In this document: positions 38,245-50,600 of the stretch, one piece after another
Numbering within the stretch: position 1 is the stretch's first letter
Layout of the letters: each line of letters opens with the position of its first letter
From: Octopus bimaculoides
Taxonomy: Eukaryota
Direction: 5' to 3'
DNA: 64,000 nucleotides
NCBI RefSeq assembly: GCF_001194135.2
Contig: NC_069005.1
Span: 34,208,800-34,272,799 of the forward strand
Program-made: the position numbers and the translations under genes
The notes under the pieces: generated by a model
What the model saw: the letters and a program-made list of their open reading frames with translations, nothing else
Told to the model about the DNA's origin: nothing
Database searches by the model: none

Positions 38245-38960
38245 CTATATAACTATACATATGTGTATGTATATACATAAATATATGTGTATATTTCTCT
38301 CTCTCTTTCTCTCTATTTCTCTCTATATATATGCGTGTGTGTGTGCGTGTGTGCATGTATATATGTATATATATATATATTATATAACCGATGCATATAT
38401 ATATATATATACATACATAGATACAGACATACGTATGCATACACATCTACACACACACATATATATACTCACAAACATACATACACACATACGTATACAT
38501 ACACATCTACATTATATGTANNNNNNNNNNAAACATACATACACACATACGTATACATACACATCTACATTATATGTATATATATATATATATACATACA
38601 TACATACATACATCCATACATACATACATACATGCATGCATGCATACATACATTTACCTTCCATGCATTTACATATCTCCATTTATCTCTATCTCTCCAC
38701 CCATAAATTAGACTTTGCATAAGTGTTCACACCCTCCAATATACAACTAAACTACATTTTCTCCTGCAAAGAAAAAAAAAACAACCCATAAAACAAAAGA
38801 CCTGCTTTCTTCTTTCACACTCTGCCCCAATGATTTATAGTCTCAGAAGATTCTACCATAAAGTCCATCTCTCGTCAATCAAAAACGCAATAACGGAATT
38901 GAACTCCTCCTACTTTGGTTTCGTACCCTTGCCGTGTTCTTAATGCCGTTACACCATCAA

Positions 38961-39087
<127 letters not shown>

Positions 39088-39203
39088 ATCAATAACACAA
39101 AAGCGATGATAATGATGACAAACATGGATTTTCATTATCATTGTTATACTAATAACAGTAAGAATTATTATCATTGTTGTTATTATAATTATTATTATTA
39201 TTA

Positions 39204-39280
<77 letters not shown>

Positions 39281-39543
39281 GTTGTTGTTGTTGTTGCTGT
39301 TGTTGTTGCTGTTGTTGCATTAATATTAATATTATGATGCTTGTCATTGTTATAATTATATTGTGAGTTGCCATATTATGCCTTCCGGTTATAATTTACA
39401 TAATATATATATTTATATACATACATACATACACACACACATATATATATACATAGACATATGTATATATATATGCATATATATATATATATACATATAC
39501 ATACATATGAACGCATGTTTATACATATATGTTTATATATGTT

Positions 39544-39641
<98 letters not shown>

Positions 39642-39790
39642 TGTATAATTGTATGTATTGGTATGTATGTTTATATAGCCATTAAAACGCAGGGTTCTGT
39701 TGTTCATGTTACCCACGAGGCAAATACAAACATTGGTTGTTTTATCAATATCCTACACCTTTTTTTGTACACAACAAACACTTTATTTGT

Positions 39791-39830
<40 letters not shown>

Positions 39831-39833
39831 ATC

Positions 39834-39891
<58 letters not shown>

Positions 39892-40031
39892 CACTTATAG
39901 TTTCTATAGTAAGTTTATTACAAGAGGTTTCATTTATATGCCGACTCGTACAAATTCGCACAAAGTTATTGCGTGTGTGCGTCTGTGCTTTTGTGCAAAT
40001 CTATTACTTGCTATTGTTTATTACGTTGCAG

Positions 40032-40137
40032 GAAAAACAAGGAGACATTTACTAATGGTAGGACTCAATACATATACTTAGTGAAGTTTATCGACAATAC
40101 TCTTGTCGCAGTCAACTATAAATTAGCAGTAAATTAT
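40032..40137 (+). CDS. Candidate 106-nt internal exon, unidentified
   Basis: Acceptor ttgtttattacgttgcAG| and donor TAT|GTAAGT. Only one of three frames is open (KNKETFTNGRTQYIYLVKFIDNTLVAVNYKLAVNY). No homology recognised. Confidence 0.3.
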
Positions 40138-40356
40138 GTAAGTGTAAATATTGAACACTTGCTGTATTGTGGATCTGTTACTCCAGTTCAATGCAGCTTC
40201 TGGCTTTGTTGAATGCATAAACAGGGTGGCTTCTTGTTTCTCCGGAATTCGTCAAATTGTTGCCGACACCTCTGATGCGACCCAGATAAGCTTCGTTCCA
40301 ATCTTGAGAGAAATAAATTTGTCCTGTTGATATATCCCTTTCTACTATAGACACAT

Positions 40357-40549
40357 GGCCAGAAATTTGGTAGGAAGGGGCCAGTCGATTAGATCCATAC
40401 CGGTGTTTCACTGCTACTTAATTTTTCGACAACGAAAGGGTGAAAGGCAAAGTCGACCTCGGCGGCATTTGAACTCAGGACGTAGCGACAGACGAAATAC
40501 CGCCAAGCATTTCGCCCGGCGTGCTAACGATTCTGCTAGCTCGCCGCCT
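40357..40549 (-). mobile_element. Near full-length Meta-like tRNA SINE
   Basis: Reverse complement ggcggcgagctagcagaatcgttagcacgccgggcgaaatgcttggcggtatttcgtctgtcgctacgtcctgagttcaaatgccgccgaggtcgactttgcctttcaccc; A-box and B-box present. Confidence 0.9.
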
Positions 40550-40564
40550 TCACTCTATCTATCT

Positions 40565-40635
<71 letters not shown>

Positions 40636-40652
40636 TAGATAAATAGATGGAC

Positions 40653-40690
<38 letters not shown>

Positions 40691-41007
40691 GCAGACAGAA
40701 GACAGACAGACAGACAGACATGTTCATATACACCATCCTCTCACAAGATTGTTGACTTATGCAAACTGACAGTACTCTATCATTTTCTTTCAGTACTATT
40801 CACTCGTGCTTCCTTTCGTCCCCTCTCTATCTTCTTATTTTGTTTTCCACCTTTCTCTATCTCTCTCTCTCCCTCTTACTCTCTCTCCCCCTTTCTCTTT
40901 GTGTTTTCTCTCTTCTCGGTAGACATGTCTATCTTCTATACTTAGTAGCCGAATTACTGCTCAAACCACAGATGTTGTGAAATATAAATACGTATGTATG
41001 TGTGTGT

Positions 41008-41040
<33 letters not shown>

Positions 41041-41087
41041 NNNNNNNNNNNNNNNNNNNNNNNNNNNNNNNNNNNNNNNNNNNNNNN

Positions 41088-41121
<34 letters not shown>

Positions 41122-41155
41122 AGAGAGAGAGAGATGGGGGTATAAACAGCTAGAT

Positions 41156-41186
<31 letters not shown>

Positions 41187-41815
41187 AGGAAAGCCAATCA
41201 CAGAGCATCAGTGAGAGAGTAAAAATCGTGCCACCAATTTGTTATCGTGTTTCCATTGAAGTCCTGTTTACCAAAAACAACCTAAAGACCATTTGAAGAA
41301 GCATTTGTTCCAAGATCACCAGAAAGAAGCAGAATTCTTTGAAGGAGATAGAAAAAATCTAAAGACCCAAAGAATCTCGAGGTTATCTTTTATAGAACGT
41401 CTTTTGTTATCTCTGAGACCCCCATCTGTATCAGAATTGTCTTAAATTCCATTGCTCTTATTACACCATTATTGTTAATCTCCAGACTTTTATTCCATTT
41501 CGTATCTACGATGCCTTTTATTGCATAATTCTTATGTATCGTATTCTATTATTCTAATGCCAACTTTATGCCATGATTCCAGTATTCCATGATAACATTA
41601 TTCGTATCTTCTTTATTTCGTTTTGTTTTGCCACCGTTCGCTTTTTAATCCCATTCTTCTGGTACCTTTTTCATCTCATTATGGCCCGCCTCCATTATTC
41701 TGGTTATCTTATCTTCTTCAGTGATTCTTATGTCAACCATTCCAAGTTCCACATATAAACAAGTAAACAACTTTCTCTCTCTCTATATCTATCTATCTCT
41801 CACTCTCTCTCTCTG

Positions 41816-41865
<50 letters not shown>

Positions 41866-42289
41866 TCTCTCTCTATCTCTCTCTTTCTATCTTCTATCTA
41901 TCGATCTTTGTATTTTTAGTGCTTTCTTTCAGACATAGACACAATGGTCTGACTCTTTTTATCTCGATATGTCTCTCACTCTCATTTGCATATCTGTTTC
42001 ACACATACACTCTCTCCTTTTCTCTCTCTCTCACACACACACTCTCTCCCTTTCTCTCTCTCTCTCTCACACACACACAGACGCACACACACACACACAC
42101 TTGTATATATGTGTTTATGTTGTGTCTCCGTGTCTGTGTGTGCGTGTATGTATGCATGTGTGCGTGGCGTGTCCGTGTGCTTGTATGTGTATATTAGCCA
42201 CAAGTGTTCTGAGTGAAACAAAATCTCGTGAACCCTTTCATCTTCTGCTTGTACCGGGGTATCTCAGATTTCTCAGTAATGAAGAACAT

Positions 42290-42665
42290 TCCAGATCCTC
42301 TTGTCTATTTCAGCATCTAGGGAGAGTTTGTCGGTGATAGTGGAACCGAGGTACATGAACTGGTGGACAATCTCGAGCTCATAGTTGTCGATGGTGATGA
42401 CAGGTGGTGCCGACGTGTCTTGACGTGTCTTCTTCAGACTGATGGTCATCCCGAAGTCTTTGCAGGCCTCAGCTAAGCAATACATCATCAGCTGCAGTTC
42501 CGTCTGAGTGTGAGTCGCAACTGCAGCTTCATCAGTGAACAGCGAACAGCATGACTCTAATGAGGGCATCACGGACCTTTGTGTTCGCTTTAAAGCGGGC
42601 AAGATTGAACAGCCCACCATCCGATCTCGTCCGTAAGTATATTCCCTCATGTGCTGTGCCAAATA
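42290..42665 (-). mobile_element. RTE-clade LINE reverse-transcriptase fragment (pseudogenised)
   Basis: FGTAHEGIYLRTRSDGGLFNLARFKANTKVRDALIRVMLFA, then (frameshift) DEAAVATHTQTELQLMM..AEACKDFGMTISLKKT..PPVITIDNYELEIVHQFMYLGSTITDKLSLDAEIDKRI. These are RT domains 5-7 (LFADD) typical of RTE/BovB-type elements. Truncated at both ends. Confidence 0.95.
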
Positions 42666-43341
42666 TATATAGAGGGAATATATATGCATATNNNNNNNNN
42701 NNNNNNNNNNNNNNNNNNNNNNNNNNNNNNNNNNNNNNNNNNNNNNNNNNNNNNNNNNNNNNNNNNNNNNNNNNNNNNNNNNNNNNNNNNNNNNNNNNNN
42801 NNNNNNNNNNNNNNNNNNNNNNNNNNNNNNNNNNNNNNNNNNNNNNNNNNNNNNNNNNNNNNNNNNNNNNNNNNNNNNNNNNNNNNNNNNNNNNNNNNNN
42901 NNNNNNNNNNNNNNNNNNNNNNNNNNNNNNNNNNNNNNNNNNNNNNNNNNNNNNNNNNNNNNNNNNNNNNNNNNNNNNNNNNNNNNNNNNNNNNNNNNNN
43001 NNNNNNNNNNNNNNNNNNNNNNNNNNNNNNNNNNNNNNNNNNNNNNNNNNNNNNNNNNNNNNNNNNNNNNNNNNNNNNNNNNNNNNNNNNNNNNNNNNNN
43101 NNNNNNNNNNNNNNNNNNNNNNNNNNNNNNNNNNNNNNNNNNNNNNNNNNNNNNNNNNNNNNNNNNNNNNNNNNNNNNNNNNNNNNNNNNNNNNNNNNNN
43201 NNNNNNNNNNNNNNNNNNNNNNNNNNNNNNNNNNNNNNNNNNNNNNNNNNNNNNNNNNNNNNNNNNNNNNNNNNNNNNNNNNNNNNNNNNNNNNNNNNNN
43301 NNNNNNNNNNNNNNNNNNNGTGTGTGTGTGTGTGTGTGTGT

Positions 43342-43379
<38 letters not shown>

Positions 43380-43807
43380 ATAAATGTCTGGCATAATGCA
43401 AGTGTAAGTTAATTTGTGCATGCACAAGAGCTACGAGGATATTTACTACCTTTTTCACAGCACAGTATCCAATAAGAGAAAGTTCTCTCTTATTAAAGAA
43501 TGTCCAATAGCAAATAGAAAGGAAACGGTGAAGTGAGCGAATGAAGAATGGACAGGGACGAGTATTGCACTCTTCAATTGAGGAAATCTAAGACAGCGAG
43601 CTGCAGAAATAACCCACGTTCTGACATCGGGTCACTGAACTGTCAACTTGTTTGAACTCTCTTACCAAAGTCTTACTTATACGTACATACATGCATACTT
43701 CTATACATACATGTAGATATATATGAACGCATACACACACACATGTATACCTACATACACATTTACACGCATACGTGCATACATGCATGAACACACGCAT
43801 ACATACT

Positions 43808-43850
<43 letters not shown>

Positions 43851-44684
43851 NNNNNNNNNNNNNNNNNNNNNNNNNNNNNNNNNNNNNNNNNNNNNNNNNN
43901 NNNNNNNNNNNNNNNNNNNNNNNNNNNNNNNNNNNNNNNNNNNNNNNNNNNNNNNNNNNNNNNNNNNNNNNNNNNNNNNNNNNNNNNNNNNNNNNNNNNN
44001 NNNNNNNNNNNNNNNNNNNNNNNNNNNNNNNNNNNNNNNNNNNNNNNNNNNNNNNNNNNNNNNNNNNNNNNNNNNNNNNNNNNNNNNNNNNNNNNNNNNN
44101 NNNNNNNNNNNNNNNNNNNNNNNNNNNNNNNNNNNNNNNNNNNNNNNNNNNNNNNNNNNNNNNNNNNNNNNNNNNNNNNNNNNNNNNNNNNNNNNNNNNN
44201 NNNNNNNNNNNNNNNNNNNNNNNNNNNNNNNNNNNNNNNNNNNNNNNNNNNNNNNNNNNNNNNNNNNNNNNNNNNNNNNNNNNNNNNNNNNNNNNNNNNN
44301 NNNNNNNNNNNNNNNNNNNNNNNNNNNNNNNNNNNNNNNNNNNNNNNNNNNNNNNNNNNNNNNNNNNNNNNNNNNNNNNNNNNNNNNNNNNNNNNNNNNN
44401 NNNNNNNNNNNNNNNNNNNNNNNNNNNNNNNNNNNNNNNNNNNNNNNNNNNNNNNNNNNNNNNNNNNNNNNNNNNNNNNNNNNNNNNNNNNNNNNNNNNN
44501 NNNNNNNNNNNNNNNNNNNNNNNNNNNNNNNNNNNNNNNNNNNNNNNNNNNNNNNNNNNNNNNNNNNNNNNNNNNNNNNNNNNNNNNNNNNNNNNNNNNN
44601 NNNNNNNNNNNNNNNNNNNNNNNNNATATATATGCATATAAATATATATATGGATATTATACATATGTACGCAAACACACACAC

Positions 44685-44845
44685 ATGTTTGTGTGGTTAA
44701 GAAAATTGTTTCGCAATCACATGGTTCGGGGTTCGTTCTAATTGCGTGACCATCTCGGAAAGGTATTTCTCTGCTGTAGCCCCTTGTCCGATCAAAACCT
44801 TGTGAGTGGATTTGGTAGACGAGAACTGAAAGAGTCTCGTTGTAT
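44685..44845 (+). mobile_element. Degenerate CORE-like SINE
   Basis: gtgtggttaagaaaattgtttcgcaatcacatggttcggggttcg..accttgtgagtggatttggtagacgagaactgaaagagtctcg. Confidence 0.75.
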
Positions 44846-44957
44846 CTCCCTATATATGTTATTTTATTATCCGTTCTCCGCAGACGAAACTATAGCATCT
44901 TCAGGTCATAATTTGTTCGCCGAAAACCACCAAAACACCGAAATTTTCAAAACCACG

Positions 44958-45224
44958 TGACTATCGACTTTTTACGTATTCTTTGTTATTTTTGTCTCTA
45001 TGATGTTTGCTTCTATTTATTTTATATATATATATTTCGCATTATTTTTTTTTTACAGTTGAACAAAAAAAAAGTGAAACAGCCCACAGTTTTTGAGTTA
45101 TATTCACCCCGCGGGTTAATATTTCTTGCAGCCGAGTTATGGAGCGTGTAGGAGGGCAGCCAGGATGGAATTGGTGATGTCGCGAAATGCTAATCGATAC
45201 TAACAAAGCAAAAGTCGATATCAC
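44958..45224. mobile_element. Possible old MITE (imperfect terminal inverted repeats)
   Basis: gtgactatcgactttt..ctttgtta at 44958 versus taacaaagcaaaagtcgatatcac ending at about 45224 (reverse complement gtgatatcgacttttgctttgtta). No TSD identified. Confidence 0.35.
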
Positions 45225-45745
45225 TTAAGACATAGTAATGTTTTTCGAAATCACTATATCAGTTTCACCTTTGAACTCTTCCATCTCAGATGTACAGCGT
45301 CTACACTGTTAGTGGGTGGATGCTTGTCTCTCTACCCACCTCTATCCCCCTCACACACACTCACACACACATACACACTCTGTGTACACACACACACACA
45401 CATATACATATATATACAGAGAAACTCACACACATTCATGAAAGTATATATATGTGTTTGTGTGTGTGTGCGCGCGTGTGTATGTGCGCGCGTGTGTATG
45501 TGCGTGCGTCTATGTTTATACTTCAGTTTTCATATGTATAAAGGTATACAGGTATATGTATGTGTGTATATATATAATATATATTCATATATATATATAT
45601 ATATTCATAAGTGTCTCGTTTGTATATTTTATGAACATACACAATAATGATATATTTGTGTAGCATTCAAACGTATGAGCATTTATGTATACGCATGGAT
45701 GTGCGTGTATACACATACACCTATGTATATCATGCGGGCACTCTA

Positions 45746-45794
<49 letters not shown>

Positions 45795-45804
45795 NNNNNN
45801 NNNN

Positions 45805-45843
<39 letters not shown>

Positions 45844-46306
45844 TGTGTGTGTGTGTGTGTGTCTAGATATGAGTGCGTGTAGAGGCGTTAGTCCGTTCAG
45901 AGACAAAAAGTTGTGGGTTGATAGACAATGGCCTGTCTGAATGACACACATACACACACACACACACACACAAACACATGCACACACAGATACACTTACA
46001 AACATACAAATATATACACACATAAATACACAGATATGCCTATCTGTCTGACTCAATGTGTTTGTGTGTGCTCGTGCGTGTGTGTGTCTTTGTGTCTCTG
46101 TTCTCTGTATACATATATACATTCATGTATATGCATATATTTGTGTATGTCTGTAAATGTACGCCTATGTGTGCGTGGGTATTACATATGGGTATATAAA
46201 TACATGCGCACGTGCGCATATATATATAGCATATTTCATATAGACACAATTTCATATACATCAGCGTGTGCCGCACGCATGTACATACATACGTGTATAT
46301 ATATGT

Positions 46307-46375
<69 letters not shown>

Positions 46376-46794
46376 NNNNNNNNNNNNNNNNNNNNNNNNN
46401 NNNNNNNNNNNNNNNNNNNNNNNNNNNNNNNNNNNNNNNNNNNNNNNNNNNNNNNNNNNNNNNNNNNNNNNNNNNNNNNNNNNNNNNNNNNNNNNNNNNN
46501 NNNNNNNNNNNNNNNNNNNNNNNNNNNNNNNNNNNNNNNNNNNNNNNNNNNNNNNNNNNNNNNNNNNNNNNNNNNNNNNNNNNNNNNNNNNNNNNNNNNN
46601 NNNNNNNNNNNNNNNNNNNNNNNNNNNNNNNNNNNNNNNNNNNNNNNNNNNNNNNNNNNNNNNNNNNNNNNNNNNNNNNNNNNNNNNNNNNNNNNNNNNN
46701 NNNNNNNNNNNNNNNNNNNNNNNNNNNNNNNNNNNNNNNNNNNNNNNNNNNNNNNNNNNNNNNNNNNNNNNNNNNNNNNNNNNNNNNNNNNNNN

Positions 46795-46825
<31 letters not shown>

Positions 46826-46950
46826 GTGCATATATACATCCACCCACAATAACAGTACCATACTCTTGTTCAATGTCAGATCAATGATCAATATTGACAA
46901 ATGGTAAGCCAAACTTGAATCTAGGTGTGTGTGTCTATATATTTACTACC

Positions 46951-46963
46951 AATTAGATGCGTG

Positions 46964-47001
<38 letters not shown>

Positions 47002-47014
47002 CACGCATCCAATT
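46951..47014. repeat. 64-bp near-perfect palindrome centred on (TA)n
   Basis: aattagatgcgtggg(TA)n cccacgcatccaatt: 15-nt unique arms with one mismatch around a self-complementary TA run. Confidence 0.9.
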
Positions 47015-47292
47015 ATATATATACAAATATTTTTATATATATATGTATGTATGTATATATGCATATGTATGTGTGCGCGTGTATGTGTGAGTATTTGTGT
47101 AACTGTGAGGCTGTGTTTGTGTTGTGCGAGTGGGGAACAAAGGTTGCGCACACGAGTATTTCTAGAGACAGACGTATAATAGCAGGAAAGGTGGGGAGGA
47201 AGGGACGGGGTGGAGTGAGGAAGAAAGGAGAAGTAGAAAGAGGTAGGCAAAGATGGAGAGAAGGAGAGAATGGGAAAAAAAGAAAAGAGAAA

Positions 47293-47347
<55 letters not shown>

Positions 47348-47855
47348 NNNNNNNNNNNNNNNNNNNNNNNNNNNNNNNNNNNNNNNNNNNNNNNNNNNNN
47401 NNNNNNNNNNNNNNNNNNNNNNNNNNNNNNNNNNNNNNNNNNNNNNNNNNNNNNNNNNNNNNNNNNNNNNNNNNNNNNNNNNNNNNNNNNNNNNNNNNNN
47501 NNNNNNNNNNNNNNNNNNNNNNNNNNNNNNNNNNNNNNNNNNNNNNNNNNNNNNNNNNNNNNNNNNNNNNNNNNNNNNNNNNNNNNNNNNNNNNNNNNNN
47601 NNNNNNNNNNNNNNNNNNNNNNNNNNNNNNNNNNNNNNNNNNNNNNNNNNNNNNNNNNNNNNNNNNNNNNNNNNNNNNNNNNNNNNNNNNNNNNNNNNNN
47701 NNNNNNNNNNNNNNNNNNNNNNNNNNNNNNNNNNNNNNNNNNNNNNNNNNNNNNNNNNNNNNNNNNNNNNNNNNNNNNNNNNNNNNNNNNNNNNNNNNNN
47801 NNNNNNNNNNNNNNNNNNNNNNNNNNNNNNNNNNNNNNNNNNNNNNNNNNNNNNN

Positions 47856-47910
<55 letters not shown>

Positions 47911-48277
47911 TACACACACACAAACAAACAAATAAGCGTATGTAATTATGCATACAGTCTCTCCACCGTCTCTTACTACCCCTCCTCTTTTCTCTCCTTC
48001 TCGACCAAAAACATTGCACGCAATTCTATTAGAAAAACTGGAATAAATTGGATGCAGATTTGTCGAGAGAAATTGTTTAAATATAAGAAAACACACAGAA
48101 GCGGAGACACAAGAAAAAGGGACTGTCACATGGGTGTGGGCATGTTGACCCCGTCCAAAGAAACTGACAAGTGTGGGTCTAATTGAGACATAGGTTTTTA
48201 TTTTAGTTGTGGAATTACTGAACAACAAACAAATGGACATAGTCTGTGTACATAATTCTATAGATAAATTCAGTGTG

Positions 48278-48329
<52 letters not shown>

Positions 48330-48333
<4 letters not shown>

Positions 48334-48600
48334 GTCCAGAGGTGTTGACTGGTAAGATACGCACAGTGTGTGGATGTTATCTGGATAGATAGGCATACTG
48401 TGAAGATGCTGACTGGATGGATGCATACAACGTGTAGACGTTGTGTGAACAGGTAAACACATTCTCTAGATTTTAACTGGATAAACAGACGCTAACTTGT
48501 TGTTATCTGGTTTAACTCGTTCATTGTGTAGATGGTGATTAAATAAACAAACACGGGGTGTAGATCGTGATTAAGTATATAGACAGTCGATGTATATAAC
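48330..48600. repeat. Degenerate minisatellite of about 32 bp, block 1
   Basis: Recurring (a)gtgtgtagatgttaactggatagatag(ac)-like units, e.g. at 48365, 48397, 48429 and 48461. Confidence 0.6.
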
Positions 48601-48892
48601 GTTTGAATGATTAGACACTCCAGTTTCATTCCGTTTGGGTACGGATATATATCTATTGTAATGGTGGTCTGCCCTTGGACAGGTTCTGTGCATGTGAATC
48701 TTGTGTGCATGTGAATATATATATATATAGTGTGTGTGTGGAGAGAGAGAGAGAGGGGGGGAGAGAGGGGGGAGAGAGAGAGATGTTGGCTTGGGCGGTT
48801 ATCGGACCAGGCTCAGCCAGTTGCACGTTAATTTCACGAGCAAGCTGTTCCGTTGATCGGAGCAACTGGAAACTCTCGTCGTCATATTTATT

Positions 48893-49296
48893 AGGCTGCG
48901 GCCGTGCTGGCGCATCACCTTTTCGTCGAATGGATCGATCCCAGTACTTACTTTTTGAAGCTTGTTACTTATTCTATCACTTTCTTTCGCCGAACCGCTA
49001 AGTTGCGGAGACATAAACACACTAACACCGGTTATCAAGCAGTTGTAGCGAGCAAACACGGACATAAAGACACACACGCATGCATACATACATACATACA
49101 TACATACATACATACATACATACATACATACATGCATACATACATACATACATACATAGGACGTGTTTCTTCCAGCTGCCGTCTACCAGATCCATTTTCA
49201 AGGCTTTGGTCTGTGTGAAACTATAAGAAAAAAAAACACATGGCCAAGGTACCACGCAGTGGGACTGAACCCAGAACCATGTAGTTGAGAACGAAA
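48893..49296 (-). mobile_element. Full-length degenerate CORE-like SINE with internal (TACA)n
   Basis: Head at 49200-49296 (accacgcagtgggactgaacccagaaccatgt), microsatellite linker, and tail gaaccgctaagttgcggagacataaacac..gccgtgctggcgcatcacc. Confidence 0.8.
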
Positions 49297-49594
49297 GTTA
49301 GACATTTAAGTAGCTAAAATTATATCGATGTTGCCTGTATAATGAATATGTAGATGTATCTTAGCACTGTGTATATGCACACATGAATGGTTAAGCATAC
49401 TGCGCATGCGTCGACTGCATAGATGGATAGAAACGAATTTTAGTCCCGGAGTATTTGAACAGACAAATAAAATAACATGTCGTAATACACTAACATTTTC
49501 GCTAGCTTCAATATTTCGTTAGCTTCTATAGTTTATCGTCCATTTTGCATTGCTCTGTCCTTCGAATAACACACAACTTTATAAGGTTTAGACT

Positions 49595-49930
49595 TTCACT
49601 GGATACATAGAGACATTGTGTATAGAGAAACAGATTAAATACAGTGTGTAGATATTGACTGGATGGCTAGACATTGTGTACAGACCTTGAGTATAAAGGA
49701 ATATAAATGCTGTGTATATACATACAGATAGATAACTAAAGGGTGTAGATGTTAACTGGATACATAGATATTGTGTATAGACGTTGTGTATAGCCGTATC
49801 TAAACAGTATGTATATATATATATATATATATATNNNNNNNNNNNNNNNNNNNNNNNNNNNNNNNNNNNNNNNNNNNNNNNNNNNNNNNNNNNNNNNTGA
49901 CTAGATAAGTAGAGTGTGTAAATGTTTAGT
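49595..49930. repeat. Degenerate minisatellite, block 2 (same motif as block 1)
   Basis: gtgtgtagatattgactggatggctagacattgtgta; gggtgtagatgttaactggatacatagatattgtgtatagacg. Confidence 0.6.
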
Positions 49931-50307
49931 AGATAGATAGCCACTGTATCTTGTATAACTGTAAATACCTAAATAGACTCAAATATATATTGATAATAAA
50001 AGATGTTATATTGTAAAATGGAGGCTCACAATAGACGGGTCTTCAATACAATTGATTAAAAGTTGAAGTAAAGTTCAGATCAATATGGCTACCGATCGAC
50101 ACAAACATTGACTTACACAAATCACTTCGGAAAATATTCAATCATAATGTTCACAAACATTAATGGCTTCTACTCTGGATTTCTGCTGTAGCAATATAAA
50201 GGAGTACAGACAGAAATAAGGGAGTACAAGCTGTCCAGTGTGGGGAGCTTGTGAGCGCTGGTTCGACTTGCTGAAAATAATTTTCAAAACGTCTTTCGAT
50301 TCACTCT

Positions 50308-50600
50308 GCAGGCGTGGCTCTGATGTAAAATGTTTGTTTCTCAGCCACATGGATTTTCGGGTTCAGTTCTGTTTCATGTTACCTTGAGAAAGTATCTTCT
50401 ACTATAGCCTCAGGTTGACCAAAGCCTTGCGAGTGGATTGAGTAGACAGAAACTGGAAGAAGCCCGTCTTATGTGTGTGTGTGTTCACGTGTATGTGCGT
50501 ATGTGCGTGACCCGTTTTGACAACCGATGTTGGTGTGTTTATGTCCTGTAACTTAGCGGTTCAGTAAAACAAACCAATTGAATAAAAAGTAGGCTTTTGA
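50308..50600 (+). mobile_element. CORE-like SINE, head plus partial tail
   Basis: gcaggcgtggct..agccacatgg..gggttcagt..accttgagaaagtatcttctactatagcctcaggttgaccaaagccttgcgagtggattgagtagacagaaactggaagaagcccgtc..tgacaaccgatgttggtgtgtttatg..aacttagcggttc. Confidence 0.85.
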
